Source: a virus (Duplodnaviria; Caudoviricetes). Taken from it: 52,972 nt of DNA. The notes beneath the pieces are model-generated. The model worked only from the letters and a program-made list of their open reading frames with translations, had not been told where the DNA came from and searched no databases. Each line of letters begins with the position of its first letter. The stretch's first letter is position 1. A program made the position numbers and the translations under genes. The DNA lies in the IMG/VR virus record IMGVR_UViG_3300013014_000039, positions 1 through 52,972 of that record; one strand, 5' to 3'. Below, piece by piece: positions 45,482-52,972 of this stretch.

Positions 45482-45952
45482 ATGGAACAGGTAAAAGCTG
45501 AAAAGGCACAAAATCGTTTGGATCGTGAACTTGATACGCGTGCAGCAATGCAACGTCCCACTTCGTGGCAGGCTCCCGAAACCCTACCGTCACCTAATCC
45601 GCGTCCGGGTATTTCTCACCGCTGGGTAAGAATCAGTATGGGAGGACAATCTGACGTACAAAACATCTCTAGTAAGTTAAGAGAAGGATATGAACCCTGC
45701 AAAGCAGAAGATTATCCTGAAATGATGATGCACGCTACTACCGAGGGTCGCTTTAAAGGCAACATTGAGGTGGGTGGTTTGGTTCTCTGTAGTATTCCGT
45801 CAGAGTTTTTGAAGCAACGAGATGCACACTTCTCAAAGATCAATAAAGATACGATGGAATCTGTAGATAACAATTTTATGAAAGACAACGATCCACGGAT
45901 GTCGAAGTTCTCTGAAAAATCGACAAAAGTGACGTTTGGTTCTGGTTCTTAA
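45482..45952 (+). CDS. Conserved head-module protein
   Basis: 156 aa, HRWVR..KLREGYEP..VGGLVLCSIP. Confidence 0.6.
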   Translation: MEQVKAEKAQNRLDRELDTRAAMQRPTSWQAPETLPSPNPRPGISHRWVRISMGGQSDVQNISSKLREGYEPCKAEDYPEMMMHATTEGRFKGNIEVGGLVLCSIPSEFLKQRDAHFSKINKDTMESVDNNFMKDNDPRMSKFSEKSTKVTFGSGS

Positions 45953-45971
45953 CTTTTTAAAGGAGTCTTAA

Positions 45972-46814
45972 ATGGCTTATCCTGCTGTCAACGCGCCTTA
46001 CGGGCTGTTGCCGCAGAACCTAATTGGTGGTCAAGTATTTGCGGGTTCTACTCGTATGTACCCCATCCAGTACGGTTATGCGACCGACATCTTTTACGGT
46101 GATTTCGTCGTACTATCGCGTGGTAATGTAACTCGTGCCTCAGTTTCTACTGGCACTGGTTTAAACCAAACGGTTGGTATTTTCTTGGGATGTACTTATA
46201 CAAACCCGCTAAACAAACAAAAGCAGTTTTCTCAATACTGGCCCGCAAGCACCCTCGCTGGTGACTGTGAAGCCTATGTATTGGACGACCCTGATGCTGT
46301 GTTTAAGGCTGTTGTATGTTCCGCCACCACTGCTGTTGCTTCCGCTGCTATAGCGATGATTGGCACTAACCTGTCAGCCATTAACAATACGGGTAGCACC
46401 ACCACTGGTAACTCTGCTAACGCAGTTTTAGCTCCTTCAGCAACTCCTGTAACAACAACCTTACCTTTGCGTTTGATTGATGTTGTTACTGATAGTGCTA
46501 TTACTACATCTGCTACTGGCTCTTCATCTTCTACAACTATTACCTTAACTGGTTCTGGCTTGCCTATCGCAATCCCTGTTGGAACAGATGTAGCCTATAT
46601 TGCAGCAAATGGGCAAACAATTCAAACAGGTTCTTTTGTAACCACCGCTGCGGCAGCCGCTGCAACGTCAGTTACAATTAACGCTGCGATTGCAGTCCCC
46701 GGCAGTGTTACAGCTATTCCTAGCTCATCCACTATTGTGTTCACCCAGGTTCCTGAAGTATTGGTTAAATTTAACCAAGCACTGCACGGTTACTACTCTG
46801 CCACTGGTGCATAA
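45972..46814 (+). CDS. Putative capsid decoration/minor capsid protein
   Basis: 280 aa beta-rich, Thr/Ala/Ser-rich protein immediately before the major capsid gene. Confidence 0.55.
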   Translation: MAYPAVNAPYGLLPQNLIGGQVFAGSTRMYPIQYGYATDIFYGDFVVLSRGNVTRASVSTGTGLNQTVGIFLGCTYTNPLNKQKQFSQYWPASTLAGDCEAYVLDDPDAVFKAVVCSATTAVASAAIAMIGTNLSAINNTGSTTTGNSANAVLAPSATPVTTTLPLRLIDVVTDSAITTSATGSSSSTTITLTGSGLPIAIPVGTDVAYIAANGQTIQTGSFVTTAAAAAATSVTINAAIAVPGSVTAIPSSSTIVFTQVPEVLVKFNQALHGYYSATGA

Positions 46815-46825
46815 GGAGCTAAATC

Positions 46826-47737
46826 ATGGCTATTTCACGCGCACAACTACTGAAGGAACTCCTTCCGGGTCTTAATGCTTTGTTCGGTCTTGAGTATGCA
46901 CGCTACGGCGAACAGCATAAAGAGATTTACGAAACAGAAACTTCTGAGCGTTCGTTCGAAGAAGAGACCAAACTGTCTGGCTTCTCTGCTGCACCAGTCA
47001 AAAACGAGGGTTCTGCCATCGCTTATGACAATGCACAAGAGGCATTTACAACTCGCTACAACCACGAAACCATCGCCTTGGGCTTTGCGATTACTGAAGA
47101 AGCTATCGAAGATAACCTCTACGATTCTTTGTCAGCTCGCTATACCAAAGGTTTGGCTCGTGCTATGGCTTACACCAAGCAAATCAAAGCGGCTTCTGTT
47201 TTGAACAACGGCTTCAGCGCTGCTTATGTTGGCGGTGATGGCGTTGCTCTGTTCAGCACTGCTCATCCTTTGACTGGTGGTGGCACCAATAGTAATCGCC
47301 CAGCTACAGCGGCTGATTTGAACGAGACTTCCCTTGAAGCCGCCGTTATTCAAATCGCAGCTTGGACTGATGAGCGTGGTCTATTGATCGCTGCAAAGCC
47401 TAAGAAGTTGATTATTCCACCAGCACTCCAGTTCGTTGCTACTCGTTTGTTAGAAACCAGCCTCCGTGTTGGCACTACTGACAACGACGTCAACGCGTTG
47501 AAGAACAATGGTTCAATCCCAGAAGGCTACACAGTTAACAACTATTTGACCGATACAAGCGGTTGGTATTTGACTACTGATGTGCCTAATGGCTTGAAGC
47601 ACTTTATCCGTACTCCGCTGCAAAACAGCATGGACGGTGACTTCGATACTGGCAACGTGCGCTACAAGGCACGCGAGCGTTATTCGTTCGGCTGGTCTGA
47701 CCCATTAGGAATGTTCGGTTCGCCCGGTTCGTCCTAA
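46826..47737 (+). CDS. Major capsid protein
   Basis: MAISRAQLLKELLPGLNALFG...GDFDTGNVRYKARERYSFG; strong SD AAGGAG; followed by terminator. Confidence 0.92.
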   Translation: MAISRAQLLKELLPGLNALFGLEYARYGEQHKEIYETETSERSFEEETKLSGFSAAPVKNEGSAIAYDNAQEAFTTRYNHETIALGFAITEEAIEDNLYDSLSARYTKGLARAMAYTKQIKAASVLNNGFSAAYVGGDGVALFSTAHPLTGGGTNSNRPATAADLNETSLEAAVIQIAAWTDERGLLIAAKPKKLIIPPALQFVATRLLETSLRVGTTDNDVNALKNNGSIPEGYTVNNYLTDTSGWYLTTDVPNGLKHFIRTPLQNSMDGDFDTGNVRYKARERYSFGWSDPLGMFGSPGSS

Positions 47738-47748
47738 GAAAGACTGAG

Positions 47749-47776
47749 AAGGGAGCCTTGTGCTCCCTTTTCTTTT
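47749..47776 (+). terminator. Intrinsic terminator after capsid gene
   Basis: AAGGGAGC-CTTGT-GCTCCCTT plus TTCTTTT; overlaps a possible promoter TTGTGC-17-TATATT (47758-47786). Confidence 0.8.
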
Positions 47777-47793
47777 GGTGTATATTTAACTAA

Positions 47794-47863
47794 CCGGAAT
47801 TTTTCGGCGTATCAAACAGGTCCGGCTGACCTCATGCAGATTGATACGCCATAACGCATGGAG
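47794..47863 (+). ncRNA. Putative double-pseudoknot leader RNA
   Basis: CCGGA/TCCGG, GGCGTATCAA/TTGATACGCC and CATGC/GCATG interleaved; last strand abuts SD GGAG. Confidence 0.6.
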
Positions 47864-47871
47864 ATATTCTT

Positions 47872-48363
47872 ATGGGATTCGCAACTCACCTTGGCCCTTG
47901 GTTGTTGGGCACTGTTAAAAACACAACTGGCTCTACCGCTGGCACCATTCGTAATCTTGGCGCAACTGTCGTATCGCAGTCCAAAGCCATTTTGTACACA
48001 GACATTACGGCAGCTACGGTTGCCTTTACGATCCCCGCAGGCTCACAGATTCTGACCGCTCAGTTCAACACCACTGTTGCTTATGCAACCACCACTCCTA
48101 CATATGCTTTGTTTGTAAATGGTACAGCCATTAACACAGCCGCAAACGGAAGCGTATTCACAAATACAGGTATTGTTAACTTGCTGCTTGGCAATAACAA
48201 CGCTGCTGGCGCTGTGCTGTGTAACAACGTAGGTACAGGCGATGCAATCATTACATTTACACAGGCTAACGTCACCGCCACCTCTGGTGCTGGTGTCTTG
48301 ACTCTTACGTATGTTGTGAAAGACAGCGACGGCTCTGCTAACCCAACCTACATCCAACAGTAA
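47872..48363 (+). CDS. Putative virion structural protein
   Basis: 163 aa beta-rich, FTIPAGSQI motif, after capsid gene. Confidence 0.6.
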   Translation: MGFATHLGPWLLGTVKNTTGSTAGTIRNLGATVVSQSKAILYTDITAATVAFTIPAGSQILTAQFNTTVAYATTTPTYALFVNGTAINTAANGSVFTNTGIVNLLLGNNNAAGAVLCNNVGTGDAIITFTQANVTATSGAGVLTLTYVVKDSDGSANPTYIQQ

Positions 48364-48371
48364 TTAATCAT

Positions 48372-48387
48372 GGGGGCTTCGGCCCCC
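48372..48387 (+). other. UUCG hairpin without U-tail
   Basis: GGGGGC-TTCG-GCCCCC in intergenic gap. Confidence 0.6.
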
Positions 48388-48406
48388 TCATAACAGGAGA
48401 TTAATT

Positions 48407-48700
48407 ATGCAACAAACTGATGTACAAGCGGCGCATTTAAGCGCGGCGGGTTCTTACTATGTAGGACGCGCAAGGTTGAAAGGTATTGTTGTTAGCCCAA
48501 AAGCCAGCACTGCCGCAACATTTGAGATTAGAAACGGAAGCGCTACAGCCGCCGTTCTCTACACGATGGATATTGCAAGTCTTGCAACGCCAAACACGTT
48601 CTATGTCTTGATTCCCGGCGAGGGCATATTGGCCTCTACGGGGCTACATTTAACAACAAGTGTTGGTACCGTAACAGGTATCACAATATTCTATGGCTAG
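48407..48700 (+). CDS. Small beta-rich virion protein
   Basis: 97 aa, ARLKGI..IPGEGIL..TIFYG; SD AGGAG. Confidence 0.65.
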   Translation: MQQTDVQAAHLSAAGSYYVGRARLKGIVVSPKASTAATFEIRNGSATAAVLYTMDIASLATPNTFYVLIPGEGILASTGLHLTTSVGTVTGITIFYG

Positions 48701-49004
48701 TCCCGCATGGACTCGCAAGGAAGGCAAGAATCCAAATGGCGGTTTAAACGCCAAGGGCCGAGCCTCTGCGAAACGCGAAGGGCACAACTTGAAACCGCCG
48801 CAACCCGAGGGCGGCTCAAGGCGCGACTCTTTCTGCGCCCGCATGAGTGGGATGAAAAAGAAACTGACATCCGCAAAAACAGCGAACGACCCGAACTCTA
48901 GGATTAACAAGAGTCTTAGAGCGTGGAACTGCGCTGAAGGTGGGTATGTGAACTCAGCAGACGGTATAGCCCAAAAGGGCAAGACCAAAGGAAGGATGTG
49001 CTGA
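48693..49004 (+). CDS. Small basic protein (DUF6321-like)
   Basis: GGLNAKGRAS..SFCARM..DPNSRINKSLRAWNC; C-terminal ADGIAQKGKTKGRMC. Confidence 0.7.
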   Translation: MASPAWTRKEGKNPNGGLNAKGRASAKREGHNLKPPQPEGGSRRDSFCARMSGMKKKLTSAKTANDPNSRINKSLRAWNCAEGGYVNSADGIAQKGKTKGRMC

Positions 49005-49005
49005 T

Positions 49006-49197
49006 ATGGAAGGCAATGAAATTAAAGCAATTGCTGACGGGGCTGCTCTAACAGTTACGTTCTCTGGCGTAATGGGTTGGATGACTCCAGTAGCCACGCT
49101 AGTTGGTAGCCTTTTGGGTATTGTGTGGATGTGTATCCGCATATATGAGACTGCAACAATTCAAAAGCTGGTAAAGAAATATGCCAGCAGTAAGTGA
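49006..49197 (+). CDS. Small membrane protein, possible holin
   Basis: 63 aa, hydrophobic core, WMCIRIYE, basic C-terminus. Confidence 0.5.
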   Translation: MEGNEIKAIADGAALTVTFSGVMGWMTPVATLVGSLLGIVWMCIRIYETATIQKLVKKYASSK

Positions 49198-49699
49198 GAA
49201 ACAGAAGAAATTCATGGACGCGGTAGCCCACAACAAAGGGTTTGCCAAGAAAGTGGGTGTACCCCAATCTGTTGGCGCTGAGTTCAGTGACAAGAGTAAG
49301 GGAATAAAATTTGGCTCTGGTGATGGTACTAGAGCTGATCGTCAGGTAGTAAACCAGCCAAAGACCGATCACGGTTCAGCGGCACTTTTTAAAAAAGGTG
49401 GAAGTATGGCAAGCAAAATGAACCCAGGATTTATGGCAATGATGGCCAAGAAGAAGGACACCAAGTCTTCTGCTATGGGCAAACCAACAATGAAGGCTGG
49501 CATGAGCACTGCTAAGGACGGCATGAAAAAAGCTACTCCTATGGCTGACATGGCAGGTATGAAAAAAGGCGGTATGCCCATGAAAATGAAAGATGGCAAA
49601 AAGGTGCCTATTTTCGCGGCTAAAGGTGGTGGTATTGAGTCCAAGGGTAAAACCAAAGGCGCAATGGTCAAAATGAGAATGGGCGGCAAAGCCTGCTAA
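49181..49699 (+). CDS. Lys/Met-rich small basic protein
   Basis: MPAVSEKQKKFMDAVAHN..; repeated KKGG. Confidence 0.7.
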   Translation: MPAVSEKQKKFMDAVAHNKGFAKKVGVPQSVGAEFSDKSKGIKFGSGDGTRADRQVVNQPKTDHGSAALFKKGGSMASKMNPGFMAMMAKKKDTKSSAMGKPTMKAGMSTAKDGMKKATPMADMAGMKKGGMPMKMKDGKKVPIFAAKGGGIESKGKTKGAMVKMRMGGKAC

Positions 49700-49709
49700 G
49701 GAGCACATC

Positions 49710-50228
49710 ATGGCACGTAAAGATTTAGCGGGATTAGCTGCTCTTGGAGCCTTGGGCATGATGCTGTCCAAAGGCAAAAAAACCGAAGTGGAAGAGCCCT
49801 ACCAAATTAGGGAACGGATGGCACGCGATAAAGCTAAAGAAGCGCCAAAAGAGGCGCTAAAAGAAGTGCCGTTTAGGGGTATGCCAGTAAAGGACAGCGA
49901 TGCGTTGCCCGCATACCTTTCTAAACAAGTTAGTAGAGTTGATGGTGGGAAGTCAGAAATTACGGACGTTTACCCCGAAGATAGCTCCCCCGCCTATAAG
50001 AAAAACGAACTTGGTGAAGTTTATATGGCTACCCCAGAGAAGCGTCTAAAGGAATATCAAGATAGACGGGACTTAATTAACAAAAACGTTAACAACCCCG
50101 GATATTCTGCTGGTATGAAAAAAGGCGGCGTAGTCAAGAAGATGGCTTCTGGAGGCATGGCTTCCTCTGCTTCTAAACGCGCTGATGGTATTGCTACCAA
50201 AGGCAAAACCCGTGGAAGGATGTGCTAA
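49710..50228 (+). CDS. Basic protein with C-terminal tag
   Basis: SD AAGGAG; ends ADGIATKGKTRGRMC. Confidence 0.7.
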   Translation: MARKDLAGLAALGALGMMLSKGKKTEVEEPYQIRERMARDKAKEAPKEALKEVPFRGMPVKDSDALPAYLSKQVSRVDGGKSEITDVYPEDSSPAYKKNELGEVYMATPEKRLKEYQDRRDLINKNVNNPGYSAGMKKGGVVKKMASGGMASSASKRADGIATKGKTRGRMC

Positions 50229-50516
50229 ATGATGTCAAGTCGTGGTATGGGTGCTATCAACCGCTCTAAGATGCCCAAGGGTAAAAGAGAAGCCCGAAGG
50301 GATGACACCGATTTCACACAGTACGCTGAAGGTGGCAAGACCAAGTCCAAGGTAAACGAGGCTGGTAACTACACCAAGCCAGAACTGCGTAAACGTATCT
50401 TTAACAGCGTCAAAGCTGCGGCAATCGTAGGTACTGGTGCAGGACAGTGGTCAGCACGTAAGGCTCAAGTTATGGCTAAACGCTATAAAGCCGCAGGTGG
50501 TGGGTATCGTGACTAA
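50229..50516 (+). CDS. Small basic protein (DUF5872-like N-half)
   Basis: YTKPELRKRI..GQWSARKAQ..YKAAGGGY. Confidence 0.7.
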   Translation: MMSSRGMGAINRSKMPKGKREARRDDTDFTQYAEGGKTKSKVNEAGNYTKPELRKRIFNSVKAAAIVGTGAGQWSARKAQVMAKRYKAAGGGYRD

Positions 50517-50847
50517 GTGGTCTGACAAGCGCAAGAAGTCTATCGACTGTAACAACCCAAAAGGTTTTTCAGAGAAGGCACATTGCGCAAGTGTGAAGAA
50601 AGCTGGTGGTGGTTTAGCTAAATCGCAACAGTCCCTAAAGGACTGGGGCAAACAAGATTGGACAACTAAAAGTGGTAAAAAATCTTCTGACACAGGTGAG
50701 CGATACCTTCCAAAAGCTGCGATCAAAAGTCTCAGCCCTGCTGAGTACGCTGCAACAACGCGTGCGAAACGCGCTGGCAAAAAAGCCGGAAAACAATTCG
50801 TAGCGCAACCCAAAACGATTGCAAAGAAAACAGCAGGATTTAGATAA
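50509..50847 (+). CDS. Small basic protein (DUF5872-like C-half)
   Basis: GTG 50509 start; QQSLKDWGKQDW..ERYLPKAA..GKQFVAQP. Confidence 0.65.
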   Translation: MTKWSDKRKKSIDCNNPKGFSEKAHCASVKKAGGGLAKSQQSLKDWGKQDWTTKSGKKSSDTGERYLPKAAIKSLSPAEYAATTRAKRAGKKAGKQFVAQPKTIAKKTAGFR

Positions 50848-51791
50848 TGGCAAACACTTCCGGAGCGTCCGCATTTAACCTTGACCTATCCGAGTTGGTC
50901 GAGGAGGCGTTTGAACGCGCTGGTAGTGAACTACGCACTGGGTATGACCTACGCACTGCACGTCGTAGCCTCAACATCATGTTTGCTGACTGGGCAAACC
51001 GTGGCATCAATCTGTGGACTATTGAAACAGGGTCTATTACCCTAGTTCAGGGGCAGAACACGTATCCACTACCAAACGATACGATTGACCTTCTTGAGCA
51101 TTTGATTCGTACTGATGCAAACAGCACGTCTAATCAAGCCGACCTAACAATCACACGGATTAGCGTTAGCACCTACGCTACGATTCCTAACAAGTTAACT
51201 CAAGCCAGACCTATTCAGGTTTGGATTCAGCGCTACAACGGGCAGGCTAGTCCCATCTCTGCTACGCTGACTACAACCATTACAAGTACATCAGACACAA
51301 TCGTGTTGAGTGATGTTACGGGTTTACCCGCAGCAGGGTTTATAAAGATTGATAACGAGATTATCAATTACGGGTATATCACTCAGAACACAAACGCTAT
51401 TAGTGGCACTCTATCTAGTTGTTTCCGTGGCCAGCAAAACACGATTGCTGTAGCGCACACGGCTGCGGCTACTGTGTACTGGCAACAAGTGCCAGCGATA
51501 ACCGTTTGGCCTACTCCTGATAACGTACAGCCATACACATTTGTTTACTGGCGTCTACGCCGCACTCAGGATGCTGGTGGTGGTGTGAACATCATGGACG
51601 TACCGTTTAGGTTTATCCCTTGTATGGCGGCTGGTCTGTCGTACTACATCGCTGGCAAAGTACCACAAGGTATGGAGCGTATTGGCATGTTGAAAGCTCA
51701 GTATGACGAGGCATGGGAACTGGCAGCATATGAGGATCACGAGAAAGCAGCATTACGTTTAGTTCCTAGACAGACCTACATCGGGAGGTAG
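50847..51791 (+). CDS. Head-tail adaptor-like protein
   Basis: EEAFERAG..ARRSLNIMFADWANRG, YPLP, VWPTPD, VPFRFIPC; contains an inserted beta domain. Confidence 0.7.
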   Translation: MANTSGASAFNLDLSELVEEAFERAGSELRTGYDLRTARRSLNIMFADWANRGINLWTIETGSITLVQGQNTYPLPNDTIDLLEHLIRTDANSTSNQADLTITRISVSTYATIPNKLTQARPIQVWIQRYNGQASPISATLTTTITSTSDTIVLSDVTGLPAAGFIKIDNEIINYGYITQNTNAISGTLSSCFRGQQNTIAVAHTAAATVYWQQVPAITVWPTPDNVQPYTFVYWRLRRTQDAGGGVNIMDVPFRFIPCMAAGLSYYIAGKVPQGMERIGMLKAQYDEAWELAAYEDHEKAALRLVPRQTYIGR

Positions 51792-51793
51792 TC

Positions 51794-52183
51794 ATGGGTA
51801 ATCGTTTTGCTTCTGGCAAGAATGCAATTTCGGAGTGTGACCGCTGTGGTCAGCGGTTCAAGTTAAAGGTTCTGAAGACTGAGATTATCAAGTTAAAGAA
51901 CTACAACTTGTTGGTGTGTCCAGAGTGTTGGGACCCAGACCATCCGCAGTTGCAGTTGGGTATGTTTCCTGTAGACGACCCGCAAGCGTTGAGGAATCCA
52001 CGCCCAGATAGAAGTTATAAAGTTTCTGGTCTGTTAGCAGATGGGTATAGCGGCGGTGGTAGCCGAATCTTTCAATGGGGCTGGAATCCTGTTGGTGGGG
52101 CAAGCAGTTTTGATGCGGCGTTGACACCAAATAATTTGAATTTGGTTGTACAACTTGGTACAGTAACGGTTAGCGTAACTTAG
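51794..52183 (+). CDS. Zn-binding conserved phage protein
   Basis: CDRCG..LVCPECWDPDHPQL..DPQALRNPRPD. Confidence 0.75.
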   Translation: MGNRFASGKNAISECDRCGQRFKLKVLKTEIIKLKNYNLLVCPECWDPDHPQLQLGMFPVDDPQALRNPRPDRSYKVSGLLADGYSGGGSRIFQWGWNPVGGASSFDAALTPNNLNLVVQLGTVTVSVT

Positions 52184-52192
52184 GAGCTAAAA

Positions 52193-52372
52193 ATGGACAA
52201 GAAAGACTTAAAGCAGGACAAGAAAATGATTGCTGGTGCGGTGCATAAGCATGAGAAAAAGTTGCATCCCGGCAAGCCAATGACTAAATTGGCTAAAGGT
52301 GGTGTAACAACCGACATGATGAAGTCTATGGGTCGTAACTTGGCTCGTGTTGCAAACCAAGGGAGCAAGTAA
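52193..52372 (+). CDS. 59-aa basic protein (not in ORF track)
   Basis: SD AGGAG; MDKKDLKQDKKMIAGAVHKHEKKLHPGKPMTKLAKGGV... Confidence 0.7.
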   Translation: MDKKDLKQDKKMIAGAVHKHEKKLHPGKPMTKLAKGGVTTDMMKSMGRNLARVANQGSK

Positions 52373-52638
52373 TGGCTACCTTTAGCAAAAAAATGATGGG
52401 TAAAGAAGTTGGCGATGCCAGCGTCTACGCCGAGCCACACCACATGACTGGTAAGAAGTTTACTATTTCTGATAATCCCGGAAAAGAAGCTAACTCTAGC
52501 AAGTTAGACACGATGGATGTCAGCATTGGTGCTATTAGCAAATCCGCTGGTGATGAGAAGGTTAAAACCGACGGCATCAGAATGCGTGGTACTGGCTGTG
52601 CTACTAAAGGCGTTATGTCAAGAGGACCGATGGGATGA
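52372..52638 (+). CDS. Small basic protein
   Basis: 88 aa ending MRGTGCATKGVMSRGPMG. Confidence 0.7.
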   Translation: MATFSKKMMGKEVGDASVYAEPHHMTGKKFTISDNPGKEANSSKLDTMDVSIGAISKSAGDEKVKTDGIRMRGTGCATKGVMSRGPMG

Positions 52639-52972
52639 ACTATTCCGAGTTAGTAACGGCAATTCAGACCTATACGGAGAACAACTTTCCGTCTACCACT
52701 TTGGCGGACAGTACGGTTGTGTCTTCAACGACTCAGATTAACCGTCTGATTACGCAGGCTGAACAACGCATTTACAACACGGTACAGTTTCCATCTATTC
52801 GCAAGAACCAATATTCAGCCATCACAGCCAACAACAAATACGTTTCTCTTCCTGATGATTTCTTATCTGTGTATTCTCTAGCGTTGGTGACGGGGGCTAC
52901 TGGTAGCCCTATCAATTTAGATACAGGTACGTTTGAATACTTATTGAACAAAGACGTTAACTTTATACGTCA
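52635..52972 (+). CDS. Second adaptor/neck protein, 5' partial
   Basis: ATG 52635 (ATGA coupling); MNYSELVTAIQTYTEN..ITQAEQRIY..SLPDDFL; open to window end. Confidence 0.7.
   Translation, partial: MNYSELVTAIQTYTENNFPSTTLADSTVVSSTTQINRLITQAEQRIYNTVQFPSIRKNQYSAITANNKYVSLPDDFLSVYSLALVTGATGSPINLDTGTFEYLLNKDVNFIR

Noticed and set aside
1-52972. tRNA genes, reverse transcriptase/DGR, integrase, introns/inteins, stop-codon recoding
   Set aside because: No cloverleaf or T-loop signatures, RT or recombinase motifs seen by eye. Core genes are intact and of normal length in the standard code.

Overview
About 53 kb of a tailed dsDNA phage genome with podovirus-type (P22-like) virion genes and no integrase, tRNA, CRISPR array or endolysin in the window. 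The family assignments below come from motif recognition, not database searches. Plus strand 1-14872 holds the tail nozzle, ejection proteins and a 2513-aa polyvalent internal protein. Minus strand 14869-38960 holds replication and early genes: primase-helicase, SSB, SNF2 helicase, HNH, Cas4-like nuclease, PolA, VRR-NUC, an AAA+/VWA module and many small ORFs. Plus strand 39335-52972 holds terminase, portal, GroES-like protein, scaffold, capsid, small basic proteins and adaptors. The least explained part is 33.9-39.1 kb. It contains an array of self-contained early transcription cassettes (promoter, 5' hairpin, gene, terminator) separated by a conserved ~27-bp motif, a dispersed TAGCGTTTCA-N8-TGAAACGCTA dyad, an origin-like region with 19 YTGGAA repeats, an IHF site and an AT-rich tract, and a G-quadruplex-forming tract at the divergence point. 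Also notable are two pseudoknotted leader RNAs, an overprinted gene inside the giant protein, and two short peptide tags shared by many virion-module proteins.
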